A stretch of 17,029 bases of DNA from Octopus sinensis (taxonomy: Eukaryota). Where the stretch lies: the NCBI RefSeq assembly GCF_006345805.1, contig NW_021824993.1, positions 1 through 17,029 on the forward strand. Direction: 5' to 3'. The translations under genes were made by a program, and so were the position numbers. The notes beneath the pieces are model-generated. The model searched no databases, was not told where the DNA came from, and worked only from the letters and a program-made list of their open reading frames with translations. This document shows, piece after piece, positions 10,801 to 17,029 of the stretch. Every line of letters starts with the position of its first letter. Positions within the stretch are counted from its first letter, which is position 1.

Positions 10801-13800
10801 CACACAATCTGTCCCCTAAAAAAACATCCCCAACAACCTTGAAACCATACACCTTTTCCCCACCATGATCCCTAACAAGATATAAAATGTTAGCTGAGGG
10901 TACACGATGTTCCTATGACAAAATATGTTAACATTTCAGACATACAAATGTAAGAGAGTTAATGAATTATAGCTTATTAATTATCATGATAATTGGGTAT
11001 ATATGTGATACAATGGCACTGTGCTTGACGGTGCAATACTAGATATCAATATAGATTGTATATAATCTGAGTAAAGGACATATAACCTTCATTACAATGA
11101 ATATGATTGTGTCTCAGCACAGCTAATATTATGGTAGTTCCACGAGCAAACGAAGAAAGATATAACCAAGTCCACTGCCAAATACTAATGATTAATTCTT
11201 TTCCTGGTCAAATAACAATGACTATCTTTCATTAAATAATTTGAACGCAACAATCAAGACCAAAGGGTGAAACACTCAGAAAACTGTGCCTCTTTTAGCA
11301 TTAATATCATTTAAAATCTAACAAGAGTGAGAAAAAGAATGACTATATGGATGGTAAATGTTGTTCAAACAATGTAATAAGTGTATATTATATATAGTTA
11401 CAAACAAGGATTTGTGAGATCAAGTCACACAGGGAACTCATATTTAATTCCTATCTTTGTATTTTATGTCAACACCAATATTTTTAAATGCAAACAGATG
11501 TTCACCGTTCAATACTAAATTTAATATTTAATCAACGTTAATGATCATTATACTTATAATCTTAGAGATTTGATTTTTAATGTCTTTAATTTATAACAAA
11601 GTTATTCTGACCTGAGACATTCAGGGTACGTACCTAAACAACATATCATGACAGACATCTGGATACATAACAATAACAACAACAATAACCTATGAGAAAA
11701 CTTAGGAAAGACCTTAGTAGCAAAAGAAACAAAAACTTTCTTTTTAACTCACCTGTTTACAAATAAACAACAAACTATTTTAGTTCTCTGTCCTAAAAGA
11801 CATCATTAACTCTATAATGTCTTCTTATTTATCCATTTTACCAACCACGTTAACCTTGATTTTATGAAATTTCAGTGGAATATCTAATAGAATCCTTTTT
11901 ACAGCTAATGCGGAAACTAGGGATTGACGAGCGATTATAAGAGTTGAAGAGGCCCTGTAGTAAGGTGAGGATCGGCAATGAGTATAGTGAAGAATTCCGG
12001 ATAGAAGTAGGAGTTCACTAGGGATCATTCCTAAACCCCTCGTTTTCATCATAGTCCACCAGGCAATAAGAGAAATGACAAATCAAAAGCAATTCAAGAT
12101 CGAAATCAAAATGCAAATTGTAGTTGTGACCGATGCCAGTGCCGCCTGACTGGCACCTGTTCCTGTGTCACGTTATAAGTACCATAGAAGCATAGGTCCT
12201 TGTCACTGCCGCCTGACTAGTTCCCTGTGCCGCTGGCACGTAAAAAGCACCATCCGAACGTGGTCGATGCCAGCCCCCACCCCGACTGGCTCCTGTGCCG
12301 GTGGCTCGTAAAAGGCACCCACCACACTCTTGGAGTGGTTGGCATTAGGAATGGGATACATATGTGGAAAACTTGCCAGATCACATTGCAGCCTGACGCA
12401 GCCTACTGCCTTGCCAGTGAAATCGTCCGACCCATGCTACTATAAAAACGGACGTTAAACGATGATGATGATGATGATGATGATGATGAGTTCTGTGACC
12501 AAATGACAAAATTAACTCCATTGTGTCTTCTAATTTGAACATTATTACCAACAGCATTAACCTCAATGGGTATTTCATAAACTCTCTGTAAATCGATATC
12601 TTTAATTCAATTTTTATACAGATAATTGTTCAATTGGAAAATAGGAAAGGAAGCTGTTTTCAGTTATTCTTTCGAGCACAATATACTCGGGGGAAGAAAA
12701 CCTTACAGAAATCAATTGGGAACTATTATTTTATACTCACCAATTGCCTGAGATGCAGCCCCTAATTCCTGACATGTAGCCTCTGTTTGTACACACCTGT
12801 CCTCACACTTTGGAGCCCCTGAAATAAATATTTCCAAGTTTTACATTTAAAAATAAACTTTCTTCATCTTTATTTTTATTAAACTCTATCTTGTTATTGT
12901 GAGACATTCAATTCCTGTCGTTAATGGTCAAATGTTGACCATTATGGTTTTGGTCAATATTTCTGTACTTTCTACAGTGGTCCCATGTAATAGCCCAATA
13001 TGTCCACAATAAAACAGACTAACATCTCTAAATCCCCCCCTCTCTCTCTCTAAAAACACATTAAATATTCTAACAATGTTGCAATTATCTCATTTAATTA
13101 ACACTTGATGACAGTTTTCTCTTAGCATTGTCTTTCTTTTCTTATAACTGCCAAATCTATGGCATGGCACAGTCCTCTCATCTCTAGAATTCACTAATCA
13201 ACATTCCTCTCTAATTAAGTAACACTGCGCCCATAAAGACATGTCCTTTATGTGCATACCCCCCACCCCGCACACAATCTGTCTCCTAAAAATCATCTCC
13301 ACAAGCCAAATTCCATACACCCTTCCTCAACATGATCCCTAAATCCCTAACAAGGTGTAAAATGTTAGGTGAGGGTACACAAGGTCCCTATGACAAAATA
13401 TGTTTACATTTCAGACATACAAATGTAAGAGAGTTAATGAATTATAGCTTATTAATTATCATGATAATTGGGTATATATGTGATACAATGGCACTGTGCT
13501 TGACGGTGCAATACTAGATATCAATATAGATTGTACATAATCTGAGTAAAGGACATATAACCTTCATTACTATGAATATGATTGTGTCTCAGCACAGCTA
13601 ATATTATGGTAGTTCCATGAGCAAACGAAGAAAGATATAACCAAGTCCACTGCCAAATACTAATGATTAATTCATTTCCTGGTCAAATAACAATGACTAT
13701 CTTTCATTAAATAATTTGAACGCAACGATGTCAGTGTGCACACAAGGCAGAGTGAAGAGGCCTGAGAGAAGTGTTAGACATAAGAAGCATCAGATGTGGT

Positions 13801-14842
13801 GTACAAGAGAGACAACTGCACTGGTATTGTCATGTGTATGGATGAGGAGAGCTGTGGGAAGAAGTGTTGCACCCTAACAGTGGAAGGAACGCGTGGAAAG
13901 GAGTGGCCCAGGAAGACAGGGCATGATGTGGTGAAACGACCTTCGAACGTTGGGCCTCACAGAGGTAATGGCAAGAGACAGAGACCTCTGGAAATATGAT
14001 GTGATTAAGAGGACCCGGCAAGTGAAGTGAGATCACAGCTGTAGCCTATACCAGTGTTGCATAACCAGCCCTTTTTAAAAGTACCCTTGAATCACAGAGT
14101 GATAAGTTGCGCTTGAGAAGAATTTCTGAGTCAAGTAAAACCAGAAATCAGAAATCACAAATCAAAATCAAATCAAGATCGAAATCAAAATGCAAATTGT
14201 AATTATGGCCGATGCCAGTGCCGCCTGACTGGTTCCCTGTGCCGGTGGCACGTAAAAAGCAACTTCCGAACGTGGTCAATGCCAGCCCCCACCCCGACTG
14301 GCTCCTGTGACAGTGGCACGTAAAAGGCACCCACCACACTCTCGGAGTGGTTGGCGTTAGGAATGGCATACATATGTGGAAACCTTGCCAGATCACATTG
14401 GAGCCTGGCGCAGCCTACTGCCTTGCCAGTGAAATCGTCCGACCCATGCTACTATAAAAACGGACGTTAAACGATGATGATGAGGAGGAGGATGATAATG
14501 ATGATGATGATGAGTTCCGTGACCAAATGACAAAATTAACTCTATTGTGTCTTCTAATTTGAACATTATTACCAACAGCATTAACCTCAATGGGTATTTC
14601 ATAAACTCTCAGTAAATCGATATCTTTAATTCAATTATTATACAGATAATTGTTCAATTGGAAAATAGGAAAGGAAGCTGTTTTCAGTTATTCTTTCAAG
14701 CACAATATACTCGGGGGAAGAAAACCTTACAGAAATCAATTGGGAACTATTATTTTATACTCACCAATTGCCTGAGATGTAGCCCCTAATTCCTGACATG
14801 TAGCCTCTGTTTGTACACACCTGTCCTCACACTTTGGAGCCC
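1679..14842 (-). CDS. Partial multi-exon gene: 26-aa repeat linker followed by a C-terminal death domain (5' end outside the window). Core join: 14765-14842, 12741-12818, 10258-10335, 3401-3472, 1679-1878
   Basis: All five exons have canonical AG/GT sites on the minus strand and all junctions are phase 1. The spliced frame is open: (G)APKCEDRCVQTEATCQELGATSQAI-GAPKCEDRCVQTEATCQELGAASQAI-GAPKSEDRCVKKEATCQELGAASQAI-ESPVLKEKDLLRVAKRLGRDWWQI-AIFLGVDTTELKIDDESIDTVKQGYLMLKEWFKNCDPETRTHATLSAALEEAECFAAMECLSLDAK*. No transcript evidence, so inclusion of the 78-nt exons is inferred. Confidence 0.75.
2215..2860 (-). mobile_element. Decayed, internally deleted RTE-clade (Rex3/Expander-like) LINE ORF2 fragment
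   Basis: Frameshifted minus-strand translation gives MGFF*RVFGVMLLNRIYSSEIWESLQVEPHLLHI, LWYLGHVIRV, RGRPRKKWLDDI and ASDRTLWRR, which match RTE C-terminal motifs. A weaker RT-like stretch (STVGQ...SWEL) lies at about 2620-2860. Confidence 0.75.
3401..3472 (-). CDS. 72-nt coding exon: death domain, first part (ESPVLKEKDLLRVAKRLGRDWWQI)
   Basis: Acceptor tggaaatatttatttcAG and donor G|GTGAGT. Phase 1-1. The final G plus CG of the next exon gives Ala and restores the typical death-domain motif L..VA..LG.DW..LA..LG. Confidence 0.9.
3945..5230 (-). mobile_element. Decayed non-LTR retrotransposon reverse transcriptase of the RLE-type group (HERO-like)
   Basis: With stops and frameshifts: FRLISTLNINGKIY..FTKR, GIPGCVEH, NVVRFDL-YGSLANKLLMEAVDLFYI*EKIKDLMRSCYNNFNMQF, FSIDWYHFEAGIA..STKSVIWFVIVMEMLLKSA, TLMDYITI, SGK*KIWS.HF.FP. 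These align in order with motifs I recall from this family (FRTISLLNVEGKIF, GCIEH, DLANAYGS.PH, TTDW..LE.GI..GCTIS.ILF...ME...SA, AFMDDLT, PGKYKVW). The RT call is firm; the clade is less certain. Confidence 0.75.
5262..5470 (+). repeat. Old SINE/RTE-tail-like repeat, followed by a (GA)n tract at about 5489-5510
   Basis: Core aaagtggttgatgttaggaaaggcacatcaccatagaaaag with a GAT-like tail. Aligns end to end with 7435-7672. Confidence 0.55.
5971..6018 (-). pseudogene. 48-nt paralogous cassette exon P1 with acceptor AG changed to AA ((E)TPTSVKDALTTSQPV)
   Basis: Upstream intron reads cttgaaaatattcatttcAA versus cttggaaatatttatttcAG in paralogs. Donor G|GTGAGAAGCAAATAACAGTACC aligns with G|GTGAGTATAAAATAATAGTTCC of E1-E3. 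Frame is open. Confidence 0.65.
6927..7127 (-). mobile_element. RTE-type 3' end / SINE tail, inverted relative to the other copies
   Basis: Reverse complement: tgccagtac...ctctgtgggtggttggcatcaataagaacatcctaccgtagaaaaccatgcc...ggcctggtgcag...aacccattccagcatggaaac...(gat)n. Colinear with the last ~170 nt of the plus-strand copies at 9840-10005 and elsewhere. Confidence 0.75.
7435..7672 (+). repeat. Old SINE/RTE-tail-like repeat paralogous to 5262-5470, followed by (GA)n at about 7730-7742
   Basis: Core aaagtggttggggttagaaagggtctaccaccttagaaaag. It occupies the same relative position in the adjacent ancient unit, so it was probably duplicated with the unit. Confidence 0.55.
8033..8083 (-). pseudogene. 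51-nt paralogous cassette exon P2 with donor GT changed to CT ((x)RPIFEDKEVQTVEEPR)
   Basis: Intact acceptor ggaagtatttatttcAG. The donor position reads G|CTGAGTATAG versus G|GTGAGTATAA in paralogs. Frame is open. A weak alternative GT lies 3 nt upstream (would give a 48-nt exon). Confidence 0.65.
8200..8682 (+). mobile_element. Decayed RTE-clade LINE ORF2 C-terminal fragment
   Basis: VTKGFSLRVESRLYETCVRT...EDMQR..NEASMLHWMYNI...LRANLGIRVIRCRVQKRDLS*YGYVMHMDE...GRGRLRKTWDKVVRND...VLEKTQLAK*. It ends at the stop codon and has no 3' UTR. Confidence 0.85.
9179..10005 (+). mobile_element. 5'-truncated RTE LINE (ORF2 C-terminus + 3' UTR + (GAT)n tail), X-type copy 1
   Basis: DVSVHTRQS...IRSIRCGVQERQLH...MDEE...TLTVEGTRG...VVK.DLRTLGLTEVMARDRDLWKY, followed by a UTR with three 67-nt repeats and a (GAT)n tail. 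Confidence 0.85.
10258..10335 (-). CDS. 78-nt cassette exon E1 ((G)APKSEDRCVKKEATCQELGAASQAI)
   Basis: Acceptor ttggaaatatttatttcAG, donor G|GTGAGTATA, length a multiple of 3, no stop in the phase-1 frame. Splice flanks are homologous to those of the death-domain exon. Confidence 0.7.
10556..10579. repeat. (CT)n microsatellite, with paralogous length variants at 13040-13051 and 15070-15089
   Basis: Read directly; repeat number differs among the three units. Confidence 0.9.
11907..12488 (+). mobile_element. Internally deleted RTE LINE (RT core piece fused to the 3' UTR), Y-type copy 1
   Basis: MRKLGIDE...SKVRIGNEYSEEFRIEVGVH*GSFLNP..FIIVHQAIRE (RT segment just before the YADD box) is joined at about 12075 to the aaatcaaaa...67-nt repeats...(GAT)n tail. 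Confidence 0.85.
12741..12818 (-). CDS. 78-nt cassette exon E2 ((G)APKCEDRCVQTEATCQELGAASQAI)
   Basis: Same intact splice sites and phase as E1; 4 nt differences from E1. Confidence 0.7.
13727..14512 (+). mobile_element. 5'-truncated RTE LINE, X-type copy 2
   Basis: Same 5' junction (gaacgcaac|gatgtcagt) and 3' junction (gat|gagttc) as 9179-10005, but only two 67-nt UTR repeats. Confidence 0.85.
14765..14842 (-). CDS. 78-nt cassette exon E3 ((G)APKCEDRCVQTEATCQELGATSQAI)
   Basis: Same intact splice sites and phase; 1 nt difference from E2. Confidence 0.7.
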
Positions 14843-16413
14843 CTGAAATAAATATTTCCAAGTTTTACTTTTAAAAATAAACTTTCTTCATCTTTATTTT
14901 TATTAAACTCTATCTTGTTATTGTGAGACATTCAATTCCTGTCGTTACTGGTCAACCTTTGACCATTATGGTTTTGGTCAATATTTCTGTACTTTCTACA
15001 GCGGTCCCATGTAATAGCCCAATATGTCCACAATAAAACAGACTAACATTTCTAAATCCACCCTCACTGCTCTCTCTCTCTCTCTCTCTAGAAACACATT
15101 AAATATTCTAACAATGTACCAATTATCTCATTTAATTAACACTTGATAACAGTTTTCTCTTAGCTTTGTCTTTCTTTTCTTATAACTGTGCCAAATCTAT
15201 GGCATGGCACTGTCCTCTCATCTCTAGAATTCACTAATCAAAATTCCTCTCTAATTAAGTAAAACTGAGGTCATAAAGACATGTCCTTTATGTACGTACC
15301 CTCCACCCCGCACACAATCTGTCCCCTAAAAATCATCTCCACAAGCCAAATTCCATACACCCTTCCCCAACATGATCCCTAACAAGATATAAAATGTAAT
15401 GTGAGGGTACACGATGTTCCTATGACAAAATATGTTTACATTTCAGACATACAAATGTAAGAGAGTTAATGAATTATAGCTAATTATTTATCATGATAAT
15501 TGGGTATATATGTGATACAATGGCACTGTGCTTGACGGTGCAATACTAGATATCAATATAGATTGTATATAATCTGAGTAAAGAACATATAACCTTCATT
15601 ACTATGAATATGATTGTGTCTCAGCACAGCTAATATTATGGTAGTTCCATGAGCAAACGAAGAAAGATATAACCAAGTCCACTGCCAAATACCAATGATT
15701 AATTCATTTCCTGGTCAAATAACAATGACTATCTTTCATTAAATAATTTGAACGCAACAATCAAGACCAAAGGGTGAAACACTCAGAAAACTGTGCCTCT
15801 TTTAGCATTAATATCATTTAAAATCTAACAAGAGTGAGAAAGAGAATGACTATATGGATGGTAAATGTTGTTCAAACAATGTAATAAGTGTATATTATAT
15901 ATAGTTACAAACAAGGATTTGTGAGATCAAGTCACACAGGGAACTCATATTTAATTCCTATCTTTGTATTTTATGTCAACACCAATATTTTTAAATGCAA
16001 ACAGATGTTCACCGTTCAATACTAAATTTAATATTTAATCAACGTTAATGATCATTATACTTATAATCTTAGAGATTTGATTTTTAATGTCTTTAATTTA
16101 TAACAAAGTTATTCTGACCTGAGACATTCAGGGTACGTACCTAAACAACATATCATGACAGACATCTGGATACATAACAACAACAACAACAATAAACTAT
16201 CAGAAAACTTAGGAAAGACCTTAGTAGCAAAAGAAACAAAAACTTTCTCGTTAACTCACCTGTTTACAAATAAACAACAAAATGTTTTAGTTCTCTGTCC
16301 TAAAAGGCATCATTAACTCTATAATGTCTTCTTATTTAACCATTTTACCAACCACGTTAACCTTGATTTTATGAAATTTCAGTGGAATATTTAATAGAAT
16401 CCTTTTTACAGCT

Positions 16414-16985
16414 AATGCGGAAACTAGGGATTGACGAGCGATTATAAGAGTTGAAGAGGCCCTGTAGTAAGGTGAGGATCGGCAATGAGTATAGTGAAGA
16501 ATTCCGGATAGAAGTAGGAGTTCACTAGGGATCATTCCTAAACCCCTCGTTTTCATCATAGTCCACCAGGCAATAAGAGAAATGACAAATCAAAAGCAAT
16601 TCAAGATCGAAATCAAAATGGAAATTGTAGTTGTGACCGATGCCAGTGCCACCTGACTGGCACCTGTTCCTGTGTCACGTTATAAGTACCATAGAAGCAT
16701 AGGTCCTTCTCACTGCCGCCTGACTAGCTCCCTGTGCCGGTGGCACGTAAAAAGCACCATCCGAACGTGGTCGATGCCAGCCCCCACCCCGACTGGCTCC
16801 TGTGTCGGTGGCACGTAAAAGGCACCCACCACACTCTCGGAGTGGTTGGCGTTAGGAATGGCAACATATGTGGAAACCTTGCCAGATCACATTGGAGCCT
16901 GGCGCAGCCTACTGCCTTGCCAGTGAAATCGTCCGACCCATGCTACTATAAAAACGGACGTTAAACGATGATGATGATGATGATG
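16414..16985 (+). mobile_element. Internally deleted RTE LINE, Y-type copy 2
   Basis: Near-identical to 11907-12488, at an offset of 4507 bp. Confidence 0.85.
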
Positions 16986-17029
16986 AGTTCTTGACCAAAT
17001 GACAAAATTAACTCTATTGTGTCTTCTAA

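Larger units (their letters stand above)
8676..17029. repeat. Recent higher-order tandem duplication, period about 4.5 kb (X unit ~2.0 kb + Y unit ~2.5 kb), running off the window
   Basis: Exon spacings are 2483 (E1-E2) and 2024 (E2-E3). Offsets: 11907/16414 = 4507, 11251/15758 = 4507, 9179/13727 = 4548. All four RTE tails share the derived core aatgg(c/g)a(t)acatatgtgga and the same right junction. Confidence 0.9.

Noticed and set aside
11825-12052. Duplicated 75-aa ORF MMKTRGLG... (also 16332-16559)
   Set aside because: Antisense to an RTE RT fragment; its conservation only reflects the recent 4.5-kb duplication.
12381-12578. Poly-His ORFs (also 14393-14602) and the poly-Asp ORF 9861-10055
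   Set aside because: Translations of the (GAT)n retroposon tails.
1679-14842. Assigning a specific gene name (FADD, MyD88, PIDD, UNC5, RIPK etc.)
   Set aside because: Only the C-terminal death domain and linker are visible; the diagnostic N-terminal domains are outside the window.

Overview
AT-rich eukaryotic (animal) genomic DNA. The repeat content (RTE-type 3' ends with a GTGGTTGGCGTTAGGAA core and (GAT)n tails) looks like octopus/coleoid cephalopod sequence; this is recognition from memory, not a search result. The window holds the 3' part of one spliced gene on the minus strand. Two terminal exons (3401-3472, 1679-1878) splice in frame into a complete C-terminal death domain. Upstream is a tandem array of homologous ~2-2.5 kb intron+exon units, each with one short phase 1-1 exon. 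Three are near-identical, intact 78-nt exons (10258-10335, 12741-12818, 14765-14842). Two older exons have a single broken splice dinucleotide (5971-6018 acceptor AA; 8033-8083 donor CT). The first death-domain exon sits in the same unit type. Three of the five cassette exons encode a D-[KR]-x-V-Q-T motif matching the dynein light chain LC8-binding consensus. From about 8676 onward the array forms a recent ~4.5 kb higher-order duplication. Introns carry decayed RTE-clade LINE fragments and a decayed RLE-type (HERO-like) reverse transcriptase. Almost all ORFs in the supplied track are spurious. The N-terminus of the gene lies beyond the right edge, so the protein family cannot be named. All alignments were done by eye.
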